Shown one piece after another: positions 55,201 through 64,000 of a stretch of 64,000 nucleotides of DNA. Position 1 is the first letter of the stretch; each line of letters begins with the position of its first letter. The translations under genes were made by a program, and so were the position numbers. The notes beneath the pieces are model-generated. The model was given only the letters and a program-made list of their open reading frames with translations. It was not told where the DNA came from and did not search any database. Source of the DNA: a virus (lineage: Duplodnaviria > Caudoviricetes); the IMG/VR virus record IMGVR_UViG_3300032335_001059, positions 22,814-86,813 of that record. One strand, 5' to 3'.

Positions 55201-55906
55201 TATTATTATAATTGTTTGTATTATCAAGATTATATCTTATTATATCGTCAGGTATTATAATTTCAGAAGGAGGCGAAGGTAATTCATTAAATACAGGTAC
55301 TTGTTCGTCAATACTTGCACGTAATTCTTGAACTCTAGGATTAACACGAGGAGCATATCTACTTTCTTTAGTAGAACTTAATTTTAAATCATTTATTTTA
55401 CTTTGAACTTTTTCTTTAGAAAATCCAGTAAGTTTTTCAAAAGTTTCATCAGAAAGACTTTTAGCTTTTGAAAAACTTTTTTCTAAAACAGAAAGATTAT
55501 CCATATTTTTTGGAGAAAAAGAATGACCTACTGTTCTAATAGTATGTAAATATTCTTTTTCAGCAGCAGATAATGTTTGGTTTAAAGCTTTTTTTTGCAT
55601 TATCTTTTTAAGTAAAATTTCACTAGCTGTACCTGCTAAACCTGCTGCACCTGAAAAAAGAGGATTAGCTAAAGTAATGGCGTTAATAACATCTAAACTA
55701 GCATCTTCTAATCCAGGAATGTTAGGATTAACTCTACCATTAGGTTGAATTTCATTTATATTAGTAGCCCAAGAATCAGGAGTATAACCTCTAGGTCTTA
55801 CAGGAGCATAATTAGTTCTTGTATTATCAGATTTGTTAGTTTGGATGTTATCTTTTAATTTAGGTAACTCCCCTCCTTTTTTATAATTTCTTAAACTTCT
55901 TTTCAT
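52217..55906 (-). CDS. Modular virion/cargo protein with repeated xxGG junctions
   Basis: 1229 aa; about 13 (Y/M/F/H)xxGG-type motifs; GPSHDNGG; Gly/Ala-rich TM-like segment; Gln/Asn-rich tail. Confidence 0.65.
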   Translation of the reverse strand: MKRSLRNYKKGGELPKLKDNIQTNKSDNTRTNYAPVRPRGYTPDSWATNINEIQPNGRVNPNIPGLEDASLDVINAITLANPLFSGAAGLAGTASEILLKKIMQKKALNQTLSAAEKEYLHTIRTVGHSFSPKNMDNLSVLEKSFSKAKSLSDETFEKLTGFSKEKVQSKINDLKLSSTKESRYAPRVNPRVQELRASIDEQVPVFNELPSPPSEIIIPDDIIRYNLDNTNNYNNIIDEMVSANARRFNQEIQSPIQDRQLFSKTKKISRNSFDVGSGIANRVFNPSYKPISFPENTQSLIGSLTRDSDVVSDLRQALKTVNNAPSGSNFIGSSSLSTDSYPLTAKAMSKMVNEGKGSVNFTGESPLNTLGFNSVIDGNPNISLKEINNIINDINKVSKTKLPFARMVTEKDSYYLTAPNLVFTKYPNGGKIYNPNNANSDLNFLNWYKNNTIEGKRGIPYSNELDYDYFSFYKNKGVGNINNHFPDTYKLPNHETFSNESLYAGNGAKGYWNKNKFIKYQDGGQIMKERTLPEYKKGGLIKRADGSYSKRGLWDNIRDNAGSGKKPTKEMLKQERKIKAKMEDGGTIDNPGFNALPKEVQENIIANMAMGGYIYGEGGSIHIKPENKGKFTSWAKSHGMGVQEAASHVMANKEDYSSTIVKRANFAKNASKWKHQDGGTVKRSLNQYSQGGDMTGPIQLGAMVGNLALGAVPDNEVTDAEGNALGTYQSTGKSIGQGALTGAAAGSVFGPVGTVVGGLVGGAAGYFQGKQQEDEMKKVQAAANNNIMSKKRIGGPNSPITTMPTNVNNMYPYGGTIVDDQPGAIAELELQEQMQLPDGTVMGVDGPSHDNGGIEVNVPEGTRVFSDRLKNGKRTFAQHAKSINNKIAKLDEKPNTKAKMNTEMLFNKQLDNLFNTQEEMKIIKEETKQRKLFAKGGTIPPSHNGMYPAHNVRIMKHGGLIHYDGTDGRPGIIEPIFGVRSNPPKPTPNILLKVPNINNGKPFTQSQIDNITGQGQNPVGETGFNVSPQQMGYATQALTNLMQNQQINKVKAPRSIAPVTFSAGRSPEYVDYSAERAAIDAETAAARRGVNLGSGSYSTQAANLQKIRNQQMMGKGRSFQTQENANKQLNNAYSGAQAAAYNQGVQANLGIDQYNLENLYNYELWKAGNRMKATGSMGDNMTNMFNNQIARDNQLAYYEMMSRMYEDKIAKDIAIKKYGGTIKKRSLKK

Positions 55907-56284
55907 TTACTTTAAGTTTTTAAGTTTGTACATTGTAGAAGATATTAAACTTTTAACTTCATCTATTCTGTTAATAACATTACTACAATCACAAGCATTT
56001 TGAGCTTTAGTTGCGTAATCATAAAGTTTAGTTAAATGTTCTACAAAGGTAGTAGATTTTAACATAGGTTCTTTAAAAGTTTGAATACCGTATAAACCTT
56101 GATACTCTTCAATTATACTATCAGTTAAATCAGGAATACCATCATAATATTCATTAAGAGCTTTGTGTTGTGCAAAACTTGTAGTTTTTAAATGCTCAAT
56201 ATGAGCAACAGGTGCAGAATACAATAACTCAACAACTAATTGAGATATAGTGTATTTAGGTTCAGATTTTTTAATATTTAACAT
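55907..56284 (-). CDS. Ferritin/Dps-like four-helix protein (DUF5856-like)
   Basis: AHIEHL.T.SFAQHKALNEYY...D...EEYQG. Confidence 0.6.
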   Translation of the reverse strand: MLNIKKSEPKYTISQLVVELLYSAPVAHIEHLKTTSFAQHKALNEYYDGIPDLTDSIIEEYQGLYGIQTFKEPMLKSTTFVEHLTKLYDYATKAQNACDCSNVINRIDEVKSLISSTMYKLKNLK

Positions 56285-59200
56285 TATCGTATATTTTTAA
56301 TTACTAATTTAGTTACATCAAGTAAATATAGTTTAGGTTTTTTAGTTACTTTACTTATAGTTAAGAATTCAAAATTACTATTAAACCTAATAGGTTCATA
56401 AAGTTTAACTCTATAAGTACTACCAGTTACCAAAGATATAACTTTAATGTAAGCAGTATAAGTTGAAGTAGTTACTTTTAATACATCATTTATGTTAATA
56501 GGTTCGCTAGTAAACAAATCAGCAGTAGTATAAGTATCGTAATCTTCAGTTACAGAAAATCCACTAGGGTTACTTAATATATCTTCTTGTTCTATATGAG
56601 TAAAATATTTAAACCTAACTCCAAACCAAAAATCTACTAATTTTTTAATTTTAGTCCAATGTTTATTAAGATTTAAATTATTAGTAAAAGGTCTAAACCA
56701 TAAATCATTATCAACTACTTTTAAATTATTATTAGCAGTATTATCTCTAAATTCATTATGTGACCAATATCCTTCTAAGTTTCTACTATTATCAGTATTT
56801 ACAATTGTATTTTCTTTAGACAATTGATAAGAGTTGTAAGCTTGAGCTGTATCAAATGTAGTAAGTACTTCTTCATTATTACTTGTATCTAAAGCTTTAG
56901 TTTTCCATTGACTAGATAGTAATCTTACAGGTTCAGGATTATTAAATATAGGTTCAACAATTGAAGGTACTGGTCCATTATTATTAGGAATAAGCAATAC
57001 ATTTTTATTATGCTCAAACATTACATTTTCTTTAGTCCAGAAAAATTGAGTATTATTACTTGCATAATTATCAGGATAAAAATTATAATAACTAGCCCAA
57101 CCTTTAAAATCAGGATAGTATCCTATTGTATATCTTTCTTGAACAAAATAAGTTTTATCGTTAAAGTATACACCTACTGCATAATGACCTCCACCTAAAT
57201 CTATACCATCAGGTAATAAAGTAGAAGTTATTCTATATAATTGATTTTCATATATAAAAAGATTTCCTATTGACCAATTATTATCAATTTCTTCTTTATC
57301 GTATTGACCTTTAAATTGAGTCATGAAAGTATTAGTTACAGTCAAATCTTTTTTAGTAAGCAAATATCTTTTATAAAAATTATCAAATCCAGCTATATAT
57401 CCGTAATATATAGAATCTTTACCATTAAATTTAAAATTATCATAGCTATATAATATTTCCCAATTGTTACTTGTAAAAGTAGGAACATCAGTTGTTGTAT
57501 TTAAACAATTCCACAAAGCATTATTATATTTACGAACTTGTCCTTCTAAATAAGTACCTGCTGTCCAAGCAGGACAAAGATTAAATATTAAATTTCTATA
57601 AAAGTTTTCAAAATTTAATTTTATGTTTTTCATAAAAAATATAGACAAACCTTCATCAGATATAATTTTTAATCCATCAGCTAATAACATAATTTTATTA
57701 GTATTAACGTCTGGATAAAATATACCATATTGAGTAAGAACACTAGCAAATTGGTGATGTAATCCTCCATACCCACTATCAGTAAGAACTAAATCTTTTG
57801 GAGGATAATCAAACAAATCACCTGCTCCAACAAATGCTTCACTTTCATCAGTTTTAATCCTATCTCTTGTAGCTGTAGCTTTAATACTATTTTCATGATG
57901 TATTATTAATCTATTATTATAATTCGTAATATTTATTATTTCACCTTTTGATTTTTCAATATCAGTATATTCATTAGCTAAAAATGTTCTATAGTTATCA
58001 ATAACACCTTCAGGATTATCTTTACTTGACCTTGCTATTCTAGTAGGAAAAGAGTCAACACTAGGTATAAAATTTTTAGAATGAATATTAGGTTGTTTTA
58101 AATCATTAACAGAAGTATAATCAGTATTGTAACCATAATAATTACCAAAACCGTTAGGTAAAAGAGGTACATTCAATACAGGTACTATATCTGTTTTAGG
58201 ATAATATATATCATATTGATTAGGACCTTCATGTCTATAGTTTACATTGTTGATAGTTTCAGCTAAGTATTTATGTAATATTCTCCATTCACCTGCTGTG
58301 TTACCAGTTGTTGCAAAATTAAGAGCAGGAACAATATCACTTACACCTCTATAACCACTCCAACCAATAAAAGTATCTCCACCATAAACTACAGATGTAG
58401 ATTGACCTGTTCCATTAAAAGCATTTGCTGTAAGAGCAAAACTATTATTAGTAAAAGCTAATTCTTGAAAATCAAATGAGTTATAAATGTCAGTTTTATA
58501 ATTATATAAATTACATACAACTAATTCATTATATTCGTTACTACCTGTATGAGGAGAACCAGAAGTTTCAAATCCTCTATGAGAAGCACTAAATGTATAT
58601 GTTACTACCCCATTAGGATATAAATCAGATGTTTTTAATGTATTTTCAGTTTCAAGAATTATATGCTTATCACTTTTGTAATGATTAGTTTTTAATGTAA
58701 AATCAGCTAAAGGTACACCTCCAGTAAGAGCATTGTTAGGTATATTTTCTATTGTTAAACAAGGCTTTGTTCTTCTTAAAGCTACAGTAGGATTTGTTGA
58801 ATGTGTAATTTCAGCATTAGCATCATCTACATCCCAATAAGCTTTAATTACATAATTTAAATTTCCCGTATTAGACCAAACATCTCCACTACTATTATAG
58901 TTAAGCAATTTCATTTTTAAAGTTTTTATAAGTTTTAAATATGAAATTGAAGAAGGGTTTGTTAATTGAGATATAGCATCAAAAGGTGCAGCTTTAAATC
59001 TATCTTCAGAAAGTATAAATCTTTTTGTTTGAGGAGAACCTGTAGTACCAAAATCAGTTATAGCTAATGTAGTTCCTAAACTATAAACAGTATCATTAGA
59101 CCATTGACCTGAACCATCAGTAAAACCTTGACCATCAGTTTTAGTTAACAACACATCATTTAATAATAAACTTTGACCAAATACTAATCTATTTTCATTA

Positions 59201-60909
59201 CTTCTTTTAGCATAATAAAAATTAATAGCAACTATTTCGTTTTCTAATTCTTCAGGAAGTCTTATATTACTAAAAATTAAACCTAATCTTTTATACTCGC
59301 TTGTATCATTTCCATCAGTTTGTAAATATTTAGGGTTAGGCATTTTATGATGCTTAACATGAGTATTTCTTAAAGTACCTAAAGTTGTTCCATTTGAATT
59401 TAAAATATCCCAATCACTTAAATCAGGATAAAATTCATTTTGATTTTCCCAATATCCTAAATTAGTATTAGCTAATGGATTAAAAGAAGTATCAAATGCA
59501 TGAAATGTTTGAGAATTATTATCTATATTATACATTTCTCCACCTGGACTTGTATCACTAGGACCACCACCATTAAATGTCCATATGTTATATGGTGTAC
59601 CAAAATTTGCAATTCTAGTAGTTTCAGTTGTAGCTTTAACACCACTAGGACTTATAGGTAAATCTATATTAGCTGAATTTCTTCCAGGAATATGATAGGC
59701 TTCACTTTCACTACCATCTACATAAGAAACTGTTGCATAAAGCGCATATACTTCATCATATTGAAATACTCTATCTGTATATATAGTTTTTTCATTACGA
59801 AAATCATCACTATTATTTACATTACCTAGTTCATCAATATCAGCATTAACTACAATATTGTTAATCCAAGGTTGCAAACTAATTCTTTCTTTTTCTTTTA
59901 AGTTACCTATATATAACTGACTATCAATTTGAGTAATAGTTTTAGCTATCCAACCAACTTTATTTACTAATACATCTAAAGAAGATGTAGGTTTATTAGA
60001 TAAAGTAGGTATTGATAAAGAAAATGTAGAACCAGTTATAGCATGAAAATCATAATCATAAACAGTAAATACACCACCTATTTTAGCTACAATATATATT
60101 CTAAAATAAGTAAAAGATGTTTCAACATTAGATATAGATATAGTAAAACTTTTAGAAGTAGGAGTATTAGCTGCACAACCATCATATTGACTTACATCAC
60201 TTAAAAAGTTTTCATCTACTATAGATATAGGATTTGAAGGAAATAAAGTGTTAGTTTCATTAAAATTTTCATCAGCGTAAGCAGCTATAGCATAATATAC
60301 ACCTGAAGGTAAATTTCCACCAGTATTTATTTCTTGTAAATTTATTGTATTATTGGTAAAAGGAGTTAATACGTTTAATTTATTAAACTCAACAGTACTA
60401 ATTATTCTATAAAAATTATCAGTATTTATATTAGGATTATCTATATTTAGACATCTTATAGGATTTTTATTATCAACAAAATAAACAGTAATTGTATTAT
60501 CAAAATTGATTTTATATGTTCCTTGAATTTGAGTATTTAAATCCCAACCAAAATCAATAACATCTCCAGCAGCAGGGTCAGGATAATTATCTCGTAACAA
60601 AACTCTATAACTTCCGTCTGTAGATAAAACACCTATTTCTCCATTTACTAATCTTCTAGTTATACCATTAATAGTTGAATTTCTAGGAACACAAGAAAAT
60701 ATAACAGTTTTTCCATCTAACAATGGAATTTTACCAATAGTTACAGCTGAAAAAGTTTCTTCAGTTGGATATAAATGTAAAGGATTGTTTCCGTCTTCAG
60801 TTACAATAGAACCAAGTTCAGAAGTTAAGTTAACATTTATATTTAATCTTGAACTTTTATCAGGTTGATTTTTAGGGTCCCCTTCAGTATTTAATAAAAA
60901 TGGCTGCAT
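56284..60909 (-). CDS. Tail stabilisation/nozzle-like protein
   Basis: 1541 aa, beta-rich; TQIDSQLYIGN, FQYDEVY, EIINITNYNNRLIIHHEN; position in the crAss tail module. Confidence 0.65.
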   Translation of the reverse strand: MQPFLLNTEGDPKNQPDKSSRLNINVNLTSELGSIVTEDGNNPLHLYPTEETFSAVTIGKIPLLDGKTVIFSCVPRNSTINGITRRLVNGEIGVLSTDGSYRVLLRDNYPDPAAGDVIDFGWDLNTQIQGTYKINFDNTITVYFVDNKNPIRCLNIDNPNINTDNFYRIISTVEFNKLNVLTPFTNNTINLQEINTGGNLPSGVYYAIAAYADENFNETNTLFPSNPISIVDENFLSDVSQYDGCAANTPTSKSFTISISNVETSFTYFRIYIVAKIGGVFTVYDYDFHAITGSTFSLSIPTLSNKPTSSLDVLVNKVGWIAKTITQIDSQLYIGNLKEKERISLQPWINNIVVNADIDELGNVNNSDDFRNEKTIYTDRVFQYDEVYALYATVSYVDGSESEAYHIPGRNSANIDLPISPSGVKATTETTRIANFGTPYNIWTFNGGGPSDTSPGGEMYNIDNNSQTFHAFDTSFNPLANTNLGYWENQNEFYPDLSDWDILNSNGTTLGTLRNTHVKHHKMPNPKYLQTDGNDTSEYKRLGLIFSNIRLPEELENEIVAINFYYAKRSNENRLVFGQSLLLNDVLLTKTDGQGFTDGSGQWSNDTVYSLGTTLAITDFGTTGSPQTKRFILSEDRFKAAPFDAISQLTNPSSISYLKLIKTLKMKLLNYNSSGDVWSNTGNLNYVIKAYWDVDDANAEITHSTNPTVALRRTKPCLTIENIPNNALTGGVPLADFTLKTNHYKSDKHIILETENTLKTSDLYPNGVVTYTFSASHRGFETSGSPHTGSNEYNELVVCNLYNYKTDIYNSFDFQELAFTNNSFALTANAFNGTGQSTSVVYGGDTFIGWSGYRGVSDIVPALNFATTGNTAGEWRILHKYLAETINNVNYRHEGPNQYDIYYPKTDIVPVLNVPLLPNGFGNYYGYNTDYTSVNDLKQPNIHSKNFIPSVDSFPTRIARSSKDNPEGVIDNYRTFLANEYTDIEKSKGEIINITNYNNRLIIHHENSIKATATRDRIKTDESEAFVGAGDLFDYPPKDLVLTDSGYGGLHHQFASVLTQYGIFYPDVNTNKIMLLADGLKIISDEGLSIFFMKNIKLNFENFYRNLIFNLCPAWTAGTYLEGQVRKYNNALWNCLNTTTDVPTFTSNNWEILYSYDNFKFNGKDSIYYGYIAGFDNFYKRYLLTKKDLTVTNTFMTQFKGQYDKEEIDNNWSIGNLFIYENQLYRITSTLLPDGIDLGGGHYAVGVYFNDKTYFVQERYTIGYYPDFKGWASYYNFYPDNYASNNTQFFWTKENVMFEHNKNVLLIPNNNGPVPSIVEPIFNNPEPVRLLSSQWKTKALDTSNNEEVLTTFDTAQAYNSYQLSKENTIVNTDNSRNLEGYWSHNEFRDNTANNNLKVVDNDLWFRPFTNNLNLNKHWTKIKKLVDFWFGVRFKYFTHIEQEDILSNPSGFSVTEDYDTYTTADLFTSEPININDVLKVTTSTYTAYIKVISLVTGSTYRVKLYEPIRFNSNFEFLTISKVTKKPKLYLLDVTKLVIKNIR

Positions 60910-61634
60910 TATCTTCTATATTTTTGGTTGATAAATGTTTCAGGTATACTGTTAGCATAAAAGAAATCTCTAGCAGCATTAGTATTAGGAATTAATCTTG
61001 CCCAACTATTAGCAAATGCTTCAAATCTAGGAATATCAAACATCTCTAATTGATTTTCAGCTTGACCTCTGTGTTTAATATAATTCATTTCTGCTTTTTC
61101 ATAAGTAATTTGTCTATTAGGATGTTCAAATCCTCCTAACATTAATTGCTTAGTAATGTACCAAAACAAACACTCACTTGTAGCAAAATTATCTGGAATT
61201 AAAGGATAACCTTCTTCATCTGTAGGAATAGCTTGATAAAAAACACATATCTCATCACCATCCTTTACATTAGTATTAATGTAATTAGGATTAACTGTAT
61301 AGCTAAAATCAAATTCACTTATGTTAGCGTTAACGCAATCATCACAATGTAAATTATAGTTAAATGTTTGAGAACCATATCTTAACCAATGACCTCTATA
61401 ACTTACAGATTTAATTAAATGTAAATCACAAGGTAAAGGAGTTTTACCATTAGTTATAGTAAGATAAGCAGTTTTGTTTTCAAGATTAATTACACTACCA
61501 ATACTTTCTAAAGCATCACCTGCCCAGACAATACTTTCGCCAATTAATCTATCAGTATGTTGAGAAAGTAGATTGCCATAAGCACCAAATACTTTGTCTA
61601 TTACACGTTTACAAGAAACAGCTTTATAATTCAT
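60909..61634 (-). CDS. Tail ring / adaptor-like structural protein
   Basis: 241 aa; LPCDLHLI, YQAIPTDEEGYPLIPD; tail module context. Confidence 0.6.
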   Translation of the reverse strand: MNYKAVSCKRVIDKVFGAYGNLLSQHTDRLIGESIVWAGDALESIGSVINLENKTAYLTITNGKTPLPCDLHLIKSVSYRGHWLRYGSQTFNYNLHCDDCVNANISEFDFSYTVNPNYINTNVKDGDEICVFYQAIPTDEEGYPLIPDNFATSECLFWYITKQLMLGGFEHPNRQITYEKAEMNYIKHRGQAENQLEMFDIPRFEAFANSWARLIPNTNAARDFFYANSIPETFINQKYRR

Positions 61635-61665
61635 AACTTTTACCTTTGAGTTACAAAGGTAGTTA
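61634..61665 (-). promoter_or_regulatory. Palindromic TAnnTTTG hairpin covering the initiation region of 60909-61634
   Basis: tacctttg(61641-61648)-agtta-caaaggta(61654-61661), extended by taac/gtta. Confidence 0.55.
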
Positions 61666-62163
61666 TTTTTTAGAATATATAGGAAATTTAAAATGATTTA
61701 AAGGTTCTTTAAGAACTTCTCTTAGTTTATTGTTAGCTCCAGTAACACTTTCAATTCCATTAGTTCTAGAAGATTTAAACTTATATGCGTTATGTCCTTT
61801 GACATTGCATTTTTCTTTAACCCATTTAAAACCAATATAATAATTGTCAGTTATATAAACTACTTTACCTTTTTCTAATTTACCTTCAGCTTTAAGTTTA
61901 CGAGTTTTACCCCAATCAGGAGGAGCACTTAGTTTACCATTTTTTATTTTTATTTCTCTAATAAACTTATATACAGATATATAGCCTAATCTGGAATTAA
62001 AATAGAATTTATTACCTTCTCCTAAAATTAAATAATCAATTACTTCTTGGTTTAATTCCCAACATATTTGATTATATAAAACTAAGTCTACAGGTTTTTG
62101 ATAATTTTCTTTATACCAATTATATCTAGCTTTGGATTTTATCGGTTCCATCGTTTGTTTCAT
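61663..62163 (-). CDS. HU/IHF-like basic DNA-binding protein
   Basis: Helix-helix followed by FYFNSRLGYISVYK; Lys-rich. Confidence 0.5.
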   Translation of the reverse strand: MKQTMEPIKSKARYNWYKENYQKPVDLVLYNQICWELNQEVIDYLILGEGNKFYFNSRLGYISVYKFIREIKIKNGKLSAPPDWGKTRKLKAEGKLEKGKVVYITDNYYIGFKWVKEKCNVKGHNAYKFKSSRTNGIESVTGANNKLREVLKEPLNHFKFPIYSKK

Positions 62164-62791
62164 CAGGAATCATTCTCGTTAAAATGTTCAATTCACTACT
62201 CATTATATCTTTTGTAATTAAATCTATCATATCAGCTGTTATTGGATAATCTGAATTGTTAGTATAACAAGCTTCTCCATCACAAATAAAAGTTTTAGCA
62301 TTTTCAGGTTTTTCTAATATTGCTCTTACATTAAGAGCTCTAATGTCAAGAGTTTCAGGAATATAAATATATCCGTTTAAAAAATAAACTTTAAGTCCTA
62401 ATTGAGGAAATTTAGTATTACCTAAAAAAGGACTTCTTTCTGGTAAAACAATAGTAAATCTGGTTTGTCTATCTACGGCTGATATTTTTAAACCATATCT
62501 TTCTTTTAATCTAATGATAGGTGGAATCTTAACTTCAGTTCTTAAAACTTCACAATCTAAACCAATAGTACAACATTCAGCTTTATCAACTTTAATCATG
62601 TTGATGCAACCTAAATCTTGATAAAATTGGTCAGTATCAAAATAGTTTTTAGTTTGGTCTTGACGTATGTATTGTGCTCTTTTATAATCAGCTATAAAAG
62701 ACAATTGATTTATACTAGGAGTAAAATCATCTGATATTCTCCCAGATTTAATTAAATTTAACCAATTATAAACTATTTCGTTTTTTGTCAT
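62126..62791 (-). CDS. Tail ring-like structural protein
   Basis: 221 aa; YFLNGYIY, YPITADMI; tail module context. Confidence 0.55.
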   Translation of the reverse strand: MTKNEIVYNWLNLIKSGRISDDFTPSINQLSFIADYKRAQYIRQDQTKNYFDTDQFYQDLGCINMIKVDKAECCTIGLDCEVLRTEVKIPPIIRLKERYGLKISAVDRQTRFTIVLPERSPFLGNTKFPQLGLKVYFLNGYIYIPETLDIRALNVRAILEKPENAKTFICDGEACYTNNSDYPITADMIDLITKDIMSSELNILTRMIPDETNDGTDKIQS

Positions 62792-63180
62792 AATAATAAT
62801 AAAGTTAATATAACTCCTTCTATAATTGCAACAGTTAGTGCAATATTATATCTAGATTTATATTTAATAATTGAATTGTTCAAATTTACGTTTTCTTTTT
62901 GTAATTTAGAAGTTTTATTGTTGTAATCTGCAATAGTTTTTCTATTTGAGTTAATCATAACGTCTTTCCAATTAATTCTTTCGACTAATTTATTAATAAT
63001 AGTATCTTTATCTAAAGATTCCTTTTCTAATTGTTTAATTTCTTTAGCCATAAGATTAATTACAATTTTGTCAGTTTTCGTTAAATAAGTAGAAGTATCT
63101 AGCGTAAGCCCATTTGATGTTTGACTTAAACAAACTATCGGTGCAATAATCAGAAAGATTAACAATATCCTTTTTTTCAT
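62788..63180 (-). CDS. Spanin-like / membrane-anchored coiled-coil protein
   Basis: Signal peptide, coiled coil, C-terminal TM; overlaps the upstream gene in the lysis cluster. Confidence 0.5.
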   Translation of the reverse strand: MKKRILLIFLIIAPIVCLSQTSNGLTLDTSTYLTKTDKIVINLMAKEIKQLEKESLDKDTIINKLVERINWKDVMINSNRKTIADYNNKTSKLQKENVNLNNSIIKYKSRYNIALTVAIIEGVILTLLLL

Positions 63181-63427
63181 TTTCGTAAATTATTTTATTA
63201 GTAACATATACATTTTGTTTTTTATTATTTATAGATAAAACTAATAAAGAATCATGTAACTGATAGTTATTCAATAACTTATTATAGTTAGTAAATAAAG
63301 TATCTTCTTTATAAGATATTTCATTTAGTTTTTTTTCAAGTTTATTAATCTTATCATTTTTTAAAATAATAATAAATAATATACAAGCTAGTAAAATAAA
63401 ATTTAATGTACTGTTTATATTTTTCAT
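63071..63427 (-). CDS. Inner-membrane spanin-like protein
   Basis: N-terminal TM plus coiled coil directly after the endolysin. Confidence 0.5.
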   Translation of the reverse strand: MKNINSTLNFILLACILFIIILKNDKINKLEKKLNEISYKEDTLFTNYNKLLNNYQLHDSLLVLSINNKKQNVYVTNKIIYENEKKDIVNLSDYCTDSLFKSNIKWAYARYFYLFNEN

Positions 63428-63858
63428 AAGTGTTTATATTCTTCAGTAGCATCAAAACAAGGACACAATTTTACCCATTCGTTAGAAGTAATTTTACCAT
63501 CACCGTTTAAATCTGGACTAAAATCTCTATGACCTTTTATTTTAGCATTAGGGAATTGAAGTTTTAAAGTTTTTAATATACGTTCTAAAGCAACTTTTTG
63601 TTCAAAAGTTCTAGTGTCTTTACCTTCTAAACCTCCTTTATAACAAATATGAATAGCGTGTTTATTAAAACCTGCAACACCATTAGTAGGATTTTTAATA
63701 TCAGTTAAGTTTTCAATAGAACCATTTTTATTAATTAAATAATGATAACCGTAACTTTTCCAACCTAGAACCTTTGCCCAATAATGTTTTATGTCTTGGG
63801 TTTTTTGGTCTTGTGGGCCAGCCGTGCAATGAACTACTAAGTAATCAATCTTTCTCAT
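63424..63858 (-). CDS. Endolysin, N-acetylmuramoyl-L-alanine amidase (T7 lysozyme-like)
   Basis: LVVHCTA, GYHYLI, IHICYKGG, GHRDF, LCPCFD. Confidence 0.93.
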   Translation of the reverse strand: MRKIDYLVVHCTAGPQDQKTQDIKHYWAKVLGWKSYGYHYLINKNGSIENLTDIKNPTNGVAGFNKHAIHICYKGGLEGKDTRTFEQKVALERILKTLKLQFPNAKIKGHRDFSPDLNGDGKITSNEWVKLCPCFDATEEYKHL

Positions 63859-63998
63859 GATTCAGTTTTGCGTTGTAATACGTTAAATAAATTCTTTAAT
63901 AGGTCAACACCTGTAATCGCTTGGATATTTTCTCGCATAGATTGTAACTCGCTTAAAGCTATCATAGCAATTACAGGCTTAACCAATGGAATCTCATC
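63855..63998 (-). CDS. Holin-like protein, C-terminal part (runs off the window)
   Basis: Hand translation DEIPLVKPVIAMIALSELQSMRENIQAITGVDLLKNLFNVLQRKTES*; ExxSxxEN motif; ATGA-coupled to the amidase. Confidence 0.6.
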   Translation of the reverse strand, partial: DEIPLVKPVIAMIALSELQSMRENIQAITGVDLLKNLFNVLQRKTES

Positions 63999-64000
63999 AC

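Noticed and set aside
34149-57198. Short + strand ORFs and alternate-frame - strand ORFs within the giant genes
   Set aside because: Typical antisense or frameshifted shadows of long, codon-biased genes.
33395-60909. Stop-codon reassignment as seen in some crAss-like phages
   Set aside because: Structural genes read as uninterrupted multi-kb ORFs in the standard code, and no suppressor tRNA is seen.

Overview
Strongly AT-rich segment of a lytic crAss-like (Crassvirales-related) phage genome with a Bacteroidota host. The basis is a giant virion RNA polymerase protein with a DFDVD motif, family B DNA polymerase, DnaB, DnaG, crAss-type tail genes and TAnnTTTG promoters. The + strand (1-33354) carries small early genes, replication/recombination genes and nucleotide-metabolism genes. 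The - strand (33395-64000) carries giant ejected proteins, tail genes and lysis genes. The two halves converge on a bidirectional terminator. No stop-codon reassignment is needed to read the genes. Main points of interest: (1) a candidate complete phage-encoded ubiquitin-like conjugation operon (Ubl precursor, E2-like, JAB/MPN peptidase, ThiF/E1) at 17721-23664. The ORF track hides it because group I introns split the JAB and E1 genes at their conserved active-site motifs. (2) An island at 25.8-28.0 kb of small genes bounded by integron attC-like hairpins and a repeated 28-bp junction. (3) A ~700-nt hairpin-rich non-coding region (180-875) that may be a large ncRNA. (4) Two tRNA-shaped RNAs with no anticodon arm, one apparently hit by an HNH insertion. 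(5) Three group I introns with homing endonucleases, one of them antisense with its own promoter. (6) A recurring arrangement in which a host promoter sits in a hairpin arm over the downstream translation start region. All family assignments come from motif recognition by eye; no database searches were run.
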